Positions 1 through 10,424 of a stretch of DNA of 54,913 nt are shown here, in pieces. Origin of the DNA: Klebsormidium nitens (lineage: Eukaryota; Plantae; Klebsormidiophyceae); the NCBI GenBank assembly GCA_000708835.1, contig DF237533.1:1-54913 (forward strand). The letters run 5' to 3'. The notes under the pieces were generated by a model, which did not search any database, was not told the DNA's origin, and was given only the letters and a program-made list of their open reading frames with translations. Numbering within the stretch: the stretch's first letter is position 1; each line of letters starts with the position of its first letter. The position numbers were made by a program, and so were the translations under genes.

Positions 1-42
1 TCGCGGTCAACCAAATCCTGTCGAGAACGAGGTTAGGCTTAA

Positions 43-1619
43 CCAGTCGTAATCGTTACACTCACGACCGAGCCCCCCGGTGTAGCGCCCAGCTCCTCAA
101 GTGAACTAGACTGGGACCAGCTCCTGCAGTCGCTGGACGAGGGCTCCAGCCAGCGCAAGCGTAACCGGCCCCTCGTTTTTGACACAAGTACGTTTGAGTT
201 TGGGGACGGCAGCAGCCGATTCTTGTGGGGGGAGCAGCTTCTGGGTGCGCCATACCGGGAGGCGGCTGAGACCAATCTCCAGCAGCTGTTGGGTGCGCCT
301 GGTGAGGGGGAGGATCCTTTTGCCGCTGATAGTGCGGAAAGCGCTTTCCCCACGCCAAGTCTGAATCTCAGCAGCCCAGAGCTGTTAGCTGACCTTGGGC
401 CGTCCGCTGAGGTGGCCAGTTTTGATCGTACTCTTGTCGGATCCACTGTACCCTTCCCCGCCCGCAACTGTGGGCCTCCAACCGTCGACCTCGTTCAATG
501 AGCGCGATTCAGAGTCAGCCCCCCAATCCTCCCCGACTATCCCCCCCCCCCGACTCCCTAAACCGCCGGAGGCGTCACGCTCTCACAACACAACGCCCCG
601 ATCAATGACCAATGAGGAGATCTATAATGCATATGCCGCAAGCTGGGCGGGAGTTAGCAATCAGGGGAGCGGGAGTCTGGGGCAGCCAACAACTAGACCT
701 GTGGAGAACCTCGAGACGGCGGCGAGCAACGCTGGCAAGCGGCCGACGAATGCAACCAAAGCGCAGGCGGCCCGGGTCATCCGGGAACTGTTGATCGCTC
801 AGGGGCCAAGAAGCAGGCGGTTCCCCTCGAGTGGGGGCAGCTGCAGTCGCTGGAAGGGGCAATCGGCCAATTGACTGCACAAGCGGCCAACCCACCCGCT
901 CGAGGCACCCAATCATTGGGACCCGGATGCACTGGGAGTAAGTCACTGGCTCAAAATGCTGGTTTTCTCTAGGACTACAAAATACTTCCCACCTCTCGTT
1001 GGCGCCCAGCGCGGATCAAGCTGTGCCAAGAAAGACGGGCGGAGCCCAAGGTGCTGATAAGGGACTGGCGGCCGGGGCGCTATATGTAATTGCGGATAGC
1101 CCTAGCAACCCCGGTGTTCTGCAGACTGGGGCTCACACGGAGTTGGCGTCCCTTGAAGGGCTGGTGAGACAAGAGGGGGCAGCCGCCGCATCGAGTTGGG
1201 GGGCGGTCGATCCCTTGCGTTCCACGGGGCAGGTGGGCTCGAGTTTGCAGAGGGGGGTTGCGGAGCAGGTTCAGGAGTCCCCCCTGATGCGGGCCGTAGA
1301 TGTGGCGGCTTGCCAGGTGGCGCTTGCGTGCCCCGTCGATATCGACGCCGATCTGCTTCCATATGATCCCTGGCAAAGACTGGGGCAGGTCAGACCGGCG
1401 CCGTCGGCTGCTGTCGAATGGGAGGGGCTGAGCCCTCCGGTGTCATTTTGGATTTCGGGCCGGGATGACGTGGAGACTTTCGATTGGCTGCTGCAAGGGG
1501 AGGCCGTCGGAGAGGGGCTCGGAAGCCAGCAGTCTCCAGGTGCGCACATTCTCAATGCCTATCCTCTATCTTATCAGAAGTCTGGTCGCTCGGTTTTATC
1601 TTTGGTTTGTCCAAGCTGA
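43..1619 (+). CDS. Possible 3' part of an unknown acidic, low-complexity protein (fragmentary, probably spliced or degenerate)
   Basis: Stop-free frame 43-498 (SSELDWDQLLQSLDEG...QQLLGAP twice). The same frame reopens at 697-969 (EWGQLQSLEG). ORF 999-1619 could join via GT938..AG972. No recognisable domain. Confidence 0.3.
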
Positions 1620-2428
1620 GGCAAATGTACGGCTGGGTCACATGCACATCATCAGGCATGACCCACTCTAATGTCACCTTCCTTCAACCCAGAAACAGGG
1701 GACACGAGTCTTTTCTGCATCGCTGTCCGTGTATGATCAGCGCTCGGCAAAGGCTTACTGTTGTCGAACTCTGGCGCGGGCCCAATCTTGCGGGCCAGAT
1801 AGTGGACGCAACGAATAGCGTCCTTTGGCGGCCTCCGAGTCCCTCAACTGCGGGGTGACGCTTGCTCTAGACCCATCGACCCAAACCTGCTTTACCGGAC
1901 CAGCACTAGATTTGCAGACAAAGACTTGGTTGGCGGGTTGGGGCTGTAATCGTTTCTGATAAAGTTCGACACTCAGTGGCGCGGTCCTTCGACGAACTTT
2001 CTCCTTGAAAGGCTCAGCCACTTGCTTGATTTCATCCCAACTCTTGCAGCGAGATCGCGTCGCTAGCTGGGTGGTCTGAAACCGGAGTCTCTCGAACGGG
2101 TGCTCTTACTGAACTGCACAGTCCACCCGCCTCCAATAAGTGGCTGTACAGGTCGATCAGTAAAGGTATAGTGCTACGGAGTTCGTCTTCAAATCTGGGA
2201 ACTCGTTCATCTTGAAAACGAAATGTTGCCGGCCGGCACGAGCTCGGTCAATAGTTTTCGAACAGCCCTCTTTCCTGCAATGTGAAGCGCAAACGCTTTA
2301 CCAGTCTCTCCAAAACCTACCAACCTTGTTAATTCATCTAAAACCCTGCAAGATCGACACCTGTCAATCCTTCCGCAGGCTCCGAGCACTCCCCCGCCCC
2401 CTCTGCGCTGCACCACTTGTGGGCCCAA

Positions 2429-5400
2429 ATGGAGCCGCCCCAGCTCCGCGAGGAGCGCTTCCGGAGCTTTCGGACGGCGTACAAAGAAGAGGTCCGCAGG
2501 CTGCGCATCTGGGCGGCGACCTTCGTGGGCGAGCCACTGCTGCCCGTGGTCGCCGAGCTGCACTTCGTCTCGTGCAACGTGCTGCCGAACCTGGGGGACC
2601 GCCACGCGCGGTGAGTCGCGGGGGATCTTTTCAGAAGTCCAGAGCTGTGACCAAAAAAACTGTTTTGTCGGTATGCATGCCGGACCCCTTATGCGCTGTG
2701 CTGAAATACTTTGGACAAGTAGCCAGGCTTTGGATACAGAGCCACCATGTTCAGGACCATTTCTGGAGGTATGATCGTGCCTCGTTGCTTCTGGCCGCCA
2801 GTTCGGAAGCCCGGACTACGGGGCAGTCATGGTCGATACGTAATGGTCACACAGATGACCGACCCTTTCGTGGCCTTGCGGCAGGATTGCAAGCTCTAAG
2901 CCCACCTTTGGTTTCTAAGACTGGTGCGGCCAATTTCGGACGATTTTTGATTCCGGACGGGCAAACCCGAAATCTAATTTCGGACTATCTGAACCAGTCT
3001 GCGGCTGCATACGCGCGTGTGTAACGCTGTCGCGCGCGGCTCGTCTCCTAATGGTACTTTGAAACGCGACGTCGCGAACCAACGCGCACGAGCAGCCGCA
3101 GACTGGGTTAACTGAGTCCGAAGTGAGATTTCGGGTTTGCCTGTCCCGAATTAAAATCGTCCGAAAGTGGGCGCACCAGTCTTAGCTCCTATCCGTGCGT
3201 CAAATTTGCAGCAGTAGGGGTGACAGCGCTGACGTCATCACCTTCCAGGACCACACCATGACGTCACTCGCTCCCCTTTTCCTGCGCAGCATGATGATGA
3301 CCAAGGGCGGCCTCTGGAGTGCATTCGTAGCGCACACCCTCGCGGTCGCGGATCCAGCTGACGTGTACGTGGCGCGCCGGGACGGCGCAAAGGCGTTCTA
3401 CGGCACGAGCTCCAGACTGATGTCACTCAGCATGCAGCACAAGTGCTTGAACATGATTTTCTTGGCAGGCGATCTCAAGGTAAACTCCTCAGCTCTTAGG
3501 TTAAGCTTCCTTCGCTGGAAGGTGGTTTCTCAGCGTGGTTTTTGTGCATCTAGGGTTGGTTTTCTCCAGCGCAACTCTCGGCTTTTGGTTTGTTACGTAT
3601 TGAATCTACTGATACGACGGTCAGGATCTGAAAATGCGACTTTTGACTGTATCGACTAGATCTGAGCCGCTTTCAAAACCGTTGAAGACGAATCATGCCT
3701 GGGCAATTAATTGGAAACGTACTGCCCTTCAAGTCGTTTGCTCCATACGGAAACACCTCGGACCGGGCAGTGTTCACCAGTTTGCTCGAGACCTACAGGA
3801 CGCTCTTCGTTCATGCCTGGTCAGAAATTCTTTGCTCCTTCTGTCGATGCAGGACGAGTCATCGTACGGCCCAGAGATCTTCCGATTGTACGGCGCTCTC
3901 CACAAGTCGGTCGGCCTAACCCGGGCCCCCCCGCCGCCCGGTTTCGCCTGCCAGCAGATCACCTTCCCGGAGCTAACTGACCCCAAACCCGAAATTGATA
4001 CAACAGACGACGCCCCAATTGAGCTGGTTCAGTTCGAAGAGGATCGGAGCGTGCTGCCGCGCCTTCCGCCCCTCGGGGGATCCCCCCGGCCGCCTTCCAA
4101 CTGGATCAACCGGCAACGGCTGCTGAGTACCGGGAAGGGGTTGAGGGAGGCAGGGGAACCGGCGCGGGAGTGCCTCCGGCGGCTCTTTGAGCGGGCCACC
4201 GCGAGCCACGTCAGCAAGTTCGACACGATGGCCGGGGGGACTCTGCCCACTTTAGAGGGGTAAGTTCACCGGAGTTCTGAACGGCCCGCCGTTTCCATCT
4301 TCGTTAGGCCCGCATTCTAGACTATTCGTCGCTGGGTCTATCCTCAATTTGGTCTGAATGCGGCTCGTCTTCTCTCGTTTCTCCGGGCCCTGCAACTTTT
4401 GCTTCCCCTCCTCTAGCGGCAACGTCCTTTCCGTCCTTCTTCGTCTCCCTTCGCTCCTTGCATTTGTTTGTGCTTGTTCCAATCGCTTCTTGCCCCTTCT
4501 TTTAGTGCATATCCAACAGTATCGAAGGAGTCAAGGACAACAACGGTCAAATTCTTGAGACAGAAAGTCCCTTCCGTCAATGTTATGGAGCTAGTGTCGG
4601 CTAGCCGTAATGACATCAGCCCAGATCTACACAAACCGAGGACGGAAGATCAGCACAGTAGAAGCAGATTACTGTGTCGTCATCTGACGTGGCGTCCGTC
4701 ATCACTGCCAGGTATCTAGCGTCAGAGCGCCACGCGTCGGGGACGCTCTTGAGCCTCGGCATGGCGTTCTGCGCCATCGGACAAGGCCTTGCGGACGCCG
4801 GACGCTGGGAGCCGTCGCCGGACGAGGTGGAGCAGCTGTTCGAGGAGACGGCGAAAGCGTTCGAACTCGCGGGGAACGTTGTCCAGATCCTGAGCGACCT
4901 GCGGTGAGTTCCAAAAAGAAACAAGGAATTAAAAAATAAAAGAACAAACGCTCCTTTGGCGGAGGCCTTTGCAGACGCAGTACAGTGGCCTCAACAGAGG
5001 CATGCAGCATGTTCGAGGAGACGGCGAAAGTGTTCGAACTCGCGGGGAAAGTCGTCCAGATCTTGAGCGACCTGCGGTGAGGTGCAAGCCGCGAAGCGCC
5101 GCGTAGGCAGAAGCCTTGCAAAAAGGGGACGATGCTCTCGTTAGGACCCGATAATGTCGGATTCTTATGGATTCTTTTAGATTCTTCCCATCAGATCCTA
5201 GCGACTCTAGTGAAAGCCTGACCCAATGTATTTTGGAACCGTGCACTCGCTTCTCAGTCGGAGAATAAGTGGTGATACCTTACTCTCTATCTTTCAATGC
5301 TGGCCATGCTTGAACGGACCTGAATCGTCGGAGTCAAATTATCTTACTGAATCCATCTGAATCGAGGTTGTCCTGTTTGGCTGTTTGCAGGACGTATCAG

Positions 5401-5682
5401 GCCGATCTGGTGCAACTTCGGCTGAATGCAGTGGCCATCCAGATGCGGGAAGCGCACTGCAGCCAGAAAGAAGCATTTGGTTTCTTGCTCGCCAAAGCCG
5501 CAAGTGATATCGAGCTATTGGGCGCCGAAACCAAAGCCCACGCAGCCAAGGGTCCATTTGCGCGCGCGTGTTGGAGGTTGCCTTTCGAAGTTTGCCGCAC
5601 CAGCGTGTCTTTCTTTAGCATACTGGGCTCGAAAGACCGGGCAATGGAGTTGTTCGAAATGGGTAAGGTGCTGAATAAATAG
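2429..5682 (+). CDS. Multi-exon hypothetical protein, no family recognised
   Basis: Phase-consistent GT-AG chain: 2429-2610, 3290-3479, 3853-4259, 4712-4903, 5391-5682 (stop TAG). Exons are GC3-rich and acceptors have TGAC branch motifs. A GTAAGG donor at 5663 may extend the gene to 7577-7672. Confidence 0.7.
2915..3185. mobile_element. Non-autonomous TIR element (MITE/foldback) with ~94-bp arms in intron 1 of the orphan gene
   Basis: 2915-3008 is the reverse complement of 3092-3185 at roughly 85-90% identity (CTAAGACTGGTGCG...CCAGTCTGCGGCTGC), with an 83-bp CpG-rich spacer. TA flanks both ends (2916-2917, 3183-3184). Confidence 0.8.
5010..5081 (+). repeat. Intronic copy of the 3' end of exon 4 plus its GTGAG donor
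   Basis: 72-bp direct repeat of 4837-4908 with 4 substitutions. Confidence 0.95.
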
Positions 5683-6430
5683 TTTGTGGAATGACTCTAG
5701 TCTTAGCACAGTCTTTGACTATAGTACAGTCTTCCTGCTCCTGATGCGTAGGATGCAAGGAAGGCCCCAATTAGTAAGTTTGCAGATTGCGATCAATTTG
5801 CTAGGTCCAAAATCTGCTCAGTCAACGTACGCAATCGGCTCTCAGTGCCCAAGTACAAAACTGCACAGTACAACTTAGAGTAGCTTAGTTGCTATCTGCT
5901 CACTGAGTAAAATCCACAGAAAACATTACTAGTAATACATAGTGTGTAATCCAATCTTTTCGTTTTAATATAGTACAGAAACGTGGTAGGTTATCAAACC
6001 TACTGTAGTCGGACAGTCATGTGTAACTTTAGCATAAAAGTCAAAAGGCCAAACCTTCATTGGGAAGTTGATTCTAATCAAAGGCAAGTATGGTCGATTT
6101 TTCGAGTCGCCAAACGATGCAGGTACGAAGTGTTAGCGGCTTAAGGGCTGTACCTTGATGAGGTGCAATCCGACTTGATTGTTAGGTTGCATGTTTGGCA
6201 AACGTGGAACGGCCCACGGCTATTTCAAGAACTAGCTAGCTGTATGTTGATGCGCATGAATTCAGAAAGCTTATTTTCACATTACCGTACGAATGCCAAT
6301 TCGTTAAATACGGCCCGCCCAATGCATTTAGTCAGATTTACGATGCAGGCTTGCTGCTAGCTAGCTACGTTCTTGGACCCTTCTAAAATTGCATGTAGAA
6401 TCCGATTTTCATCCTTGCACGGCAGTGGCA

Positions 6431-6620
6431 CTATAGGGGCCGCGGCCATGCAGCGTTCAACGGTCATTCGGGGAACGATCTATTCGGGATTCAAGTTTGC
6501 AGTCTGTCGCATGCAACAGACTGTGACTGCACTGCACGAAACCTTTACCATGCGGTGCATGGGAAGCTGCCGCATGCGCGTCGTGTGTTGTGAAACCGGC
6601 TGGCCCGCCGGCCCCTATAG
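6431..6620. mobile_element. Possible ~190-bp miniature inverted-repeat element
   Basis: Perfect 12-bp inverted repeat CTATAGGGGCCG (6431-6442) / CGGCCCCTATAG (6609-6620). Internal 8-bp inverted repeat at 6500-6507 / 6516-6523. Confidence 0.4.
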
Positions 6621-7576
6621 CTGATCATGCAGTTCGTTCATGCCACATCACAATCTTCGAGAAAACCATGAACCTAGGTTCCAGCTCGTGCTTCGTAAAT
6701 GATATGGCTGGGAAGCAGAACCATGACGTTCACATAGGTATTTTCGAGGCGTGCGCACACGGCATGCACATGCGTCACAGAGAAACGTCTTTAGAAAGAC
6801 ATGCAATATACGGTATGGTAGTGGTATGTGCTGGTAGGATATCATGTCAGTCAACAATGTGTTGATTGAACGGTCGGCAGGTCTTGGAAATCTCTAGCTA
6901 ACTTGAAACTACAAGGGATCCAATACAATGATCGAAATGTCGGTGAAGGACCTTGTCAAGCGTCCTCAATGTTTTTCCACATGGTCTGGTGCGCCACCTG
7001 CACCAGCCCCTAGAACCGTTCTTCTTCTTGGCCTCCTTCAGCAGGGGCTTAAAGTTTCACCAAGCACCACTCCGCCGCCTCCGGCAACCGCAGCACGGCC
7101 TGACCCAGCAGGTCCGGCCCACGTTACCGCAGCTTGGCCCCAGGCTGGGAGATAATTACGCGCAAATTTCAGAATTGCGAACAGAAAGGCGGCCTACGGC
7201 CCTACCGAGGCTGCGTCGCGCAGCAGGGTAACGAGTCTCTTCCAACTTCGAACGGTTCAAGCATGGGAGATGTTTACCTTTCTCAGTGAGCCAATTATGA
7301 GCAAACCTACTGACTAGTCTTGTACGCAGCAATCAGCACCACAGCACAGCAATAAAACGCCCTCCTACCCCAAACAAGAAGACGAGGCATCTTAAGCTGA
7401 CGCTGATACGTATATATTATACTATTCTCAAAATGAAGAGTGATGGAACTTTCGACAAATCGACAGAAACCTTACATCGAAACAGTATCGATTTTGAGAT
7501 TACTGACCCAATTCTTTAAGGATACACGCTGCAATCCCACGAATTTGGCAGAGTGTCTACTCTTGCGACTCCCCAG

Positions 7577-7672
7577 ACCCTCACCTTGCGGCCCTCCGGC
7601 AGGCGTTCCACCTCCATGACGTCATCGTGTCCTTGCCGCTGCGCTTTGATGACGTCCTCAACCTTCGTGCAG
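7577..7672 (+). CDS. Candidate additional exon of the 2429 gene (DPHLAALRQAFHLHDVIVSLPLRFDDVLNLRA)
   Basis: Pyrimidine-rich CAG acceptor, GCAG|GTAAGT donor, 96 nt, phase 1-1 matching the donor at 5663, GC3-rich codons. Confidence 0.4.
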
Positions 7673-7764
7673 GTAAGTGTTCATCTTCGCACCAAAAATA
7701 CAGCGCCTTCTACTGCCATAGGAGCCCAAGGCCCGAGTACGGATCGTTTGCGACTTTGATGGCG

Positions 7765-8767
7765 CTATGGCCGCAGCTCGTTTGCAGCCTCGGCCAGAGC
7801 GGCAGACTCATCCACCGGTTGGCATTGGAGAGTGAGCACCGCGTGCTGCGCCGCTTCTTCGCAAGTGCCTCCGCTTTGAGGACTCTGACGAGAACGAGGG
7901 GGTCAGCGTGAGATAGGTGCGGGCGATGTCGGATGCTTGCGGTCTGGGACGGGCACCGTTCACAAGTGATGTCAGGTGCGTAAACCACGCTCCCATTGAA
8001 TACGTTTTCGTCATTTCGATGCCATTCTGTTCCTAGATGTCGAAGAGCGGCAAGATCCAAAGTTCGATCCCCAAACGAGAATGCGCGCTGCCAAAAGACT
8101 GCCGCCTCACTGAGCAGAACGACGTGAATTGCCCGGCCAAAATCACTTTCGACCACTGCCCGTCCGGAGTCGTAGGCATCTGGAAAAAGGCATACCAATC
8201 TAACTCTAGCAAGAGCACCAGAACTGAAGATGGTTCTGGACAAGAGACACGGTTTTCAAGGGATTGGCGTGATGGTATAGCTGGTAAGACCCTCTCAAAC
8301 ATGCACGTAGTAGAAAAGGAGATGCCTGGGAAGCAGAGAGTAGGCATTTAATGCTATGACCAACCGGGGCTTGCCGAGAGCTTCCTGTGAGCTTTAAAAG
8401 GGGCAGGGCGGTAGCGCACAGCAAAGATTGATGCAAAGTGCACCTTGAAACAAGCGACGGCAAGAAAGCTGTCCACTCCTGCACAAAAAACTTTGATGGT
8501 ATTCTCTGGCAATCAAAGCAAGGAAGCTTTTGAGAGTATTTGGAGTGTGTTCAAAACCTTCATCTGCCCTGTACTTGTCTCTGGCCCAGTCGAATCTTCA
8601 GTAAGAGGCTAAAAAGCACAAGGGTTGAGCAATTGGACTGCCTTTCTAGTCTAGCAATCGTCCCCCTGGCTTACAACAATGAGAACCAGCAACGATGATG
8701 TCCAGACAGCAGCAATGACAATCAAGGCCGACTTGTACCGTCTGTTGAACTCGTAAGTGGTTCCCAT
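7765..8767 (-). CDS. Candidate 178-aa protein with an N-terminal transmembrane anchor
   Basis: Exons 8767-8675, 8608-8575, 8478-8365, 8179-8004 and 7884-7765 chain in frame through GT-AG introns of 66, 96, 185 and 119 nt. N-terminus MGTTYEFNRRYKSALIVIAAVWTSSLLVLIV. Strong GCTGAC...CAG acceptor at 7885. No homologue recognised. Confidence 0.4.
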
Positions 8768-8975
8768 TCTCCATGGTCTTTTCTACTCTTCCCGCAACGG
8801 TACTTAATGCGGTGCTTCCTATAAGGGATGCCCATGGCGTCCCTTATTCCTTCGACGCCCATCCCTAGCACCACATCTTACAGTCGCATCTGCTTTGCTT
8901 ATTACTCAGGCAGACCAAAACCACAATTAATCTACACGATCCGCCTTGATTCTTACCAGAACACATGTGCGTCCA

Positions 8976-9335
8976 TCATCCTTCCTTCTCCCCCAGCTCC
9001 GCCTCCTTCTCTCCCCGCAGCAGCTCAAGCACTTCCGGTACCCCCATCGCATCCTTTATGGCATAGTCTAGATAAGCGTCAAGGTTAGCAATAACCGAAG
9101 GCATCTGCTCCAACAGGCGCCCCGTTCTAGTTACCGTCTCCCCCTTGGCCGCCAGCTCCTGAGGCAGTTTCGCGATGACCTCGCTCGCGCCTGACTTGCT
9201 GAGGTCCTGCGCCAGCGTGGAAGCATTCTCAATGCACTCCTCAGTCTGTCTGCTAACATACTTTTTGAGCGCGCCAGCCGGGTCGCTAGAAGCGGAGCTG
9301 GAAGGCCTGCCGCTGGGCAGTGTTTGGGACCGCAT
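8976..9335 (-). CDS. TOM2B: Tobamovirus multiplication protein 2B-like, intronless, 119 aa
   Basis: KLPQELAAKGETVTRTGRLLEQMPSVIANLDAY resembles the plant TOM2B core as I recall it (KLPxNLLAKxxxxKNTGQVLEQxPxVISSLDAH). ATG at 9335, TGA at 8976-8978. Confidence 0.75.
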   Translation of the reverse strand: MRSQTLPSGRPSSSASSDPAGALKKYVSRQTEECIENASTLAQDLSKSGASEVIAKLPQELAAKGETVTRTGRLLEQMPSVIANLDAYLDYAIKDAMGVPEVLELLRGEKEAELGEKEG

Positions 9336-9561
9336 CTTTGCTTGTTGGGCCAAGTCTCGGTTGCTGACAGCGCACAGAATAACTTGACATGTGACTCCTT
9401 GGCTGCGTCCTTAAGTTGAAGGAGAGGTCAACATTCTTTCCTGCTTCTGCACTCGACTTTGAAGTTTGAGCTAGCCGCCCTCTTGCAGGCTCGTGCAAGC
9501 TGGGCCTCAAGCCTAAGCCTATTGAGGCCGACTGCACTTTCTTCACAATCGCTTGAAATTA

Positions 9562-10086
9562 GGGTAGAATCATTTTGTAAGTGGTACCCCCCCATAATGG
9601 GGGTGGGGGGCCCTGGACCGAGATGCAGAACCAGGGTCGGAGGAGGGGGGGGACCCAGCGCAGTTTTTGAGAGTGAAGGTCCCTGGGGGGTACCACCTAG
9701 GACCCCAAGAGGCCAGGACCTTCAGCTTTTCTTCAGTACCCATTTAGCCTCTTATAAACAGACTTTGCTCACATATCTTGATCATATTTGTACGAAGTTT
9801 GCCCCAAAATGGGCCGAATCTTCTGAAAAGCGGCCCTGCGGGGCTCTACAGCGTGCACGCACATAGCGACAATATGCGGTTTTTTCAAAAAAGCCCTATC
9901 AAAGCCCTTACAAAAACTTGCGTTCACTTTTGGCCGGACCCCCGCCTTATGCCGCCGGGTGGGAGGGGGGGGGGGGCTTGGGACCCCTCGGCGAAGCCGA
10001 GGCCCCCCCGGGCCTTGGGAAAATACCCCCATGAAAAATGGTCGATAGAATTATGGGGGGGTACCAGTTACAAAATGACGGTACCC
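9562..10086. mobile_element. PIF/Harbinger (Tourist)-like MITE, 525 bp
   Basis: Terminal inverted repeats GGGTAgaaTCATTTTGTAAGTGGTACCCCCCCATAAT (9562-9598) and its reverse complement (10050-10086), with a 28/29 match in the inner part. Identical TTA at 9559-9561 and 10087-10089. No credible ORF. Confidence 0.85.
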
Positions 10087-10424
10087 TTATGTGAATTGAT
10101 GTTTGCAAGATCCCGACAGGCAGTGTCTACCGTTACCGGCCCTCTTGCCTGGCAATGCTTTATGAATGTTCTCTGTACTCCATAACCGGCAGAAAAGGCG
10201 TCTATTGGTACCGGTTTTACTGCATTCCATACGGATCTTCCGGTCTAATATGCACACATTTAATACCTAATATAATTTATAGGAGCTAGAGCAAGCTGGC
10301 ATTGCATTTGAAAGCTACTTCCTGCAGAGGCCCATCCTCTCTGTTGTCAAAGCGCTGTTCTTTCTAATTCTTGCAGCTAGAAAGAAGAGTAGCTCTAAAG
10401 CTTGTCAGTTTCGATGCGCTGACA

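Noticed and set aside
1755-2220. Minus-strand ORF fragments upstream of the 2429 gene
   Set aside because: No consistent exon chain or recognisable motif; probably promoter or UTR sequence.
2212-3024. 270-aa ORF
   Set aside because: Off-frame over the real exon and runs through intron and MITE sequence.
6928-7231. GC-rich patch with open frames on both strands
   Set aside because: No frame or phase could be fitted confidently to a neighbouring gene.
8679-8752. Plus-strand mini-ORF MRTSNDDVQ... ending at a GTAAGT donor
   Set aside because: No convincing downstream exon, and it conflicts with the minus-strand model. Unresolved rather than excluded.
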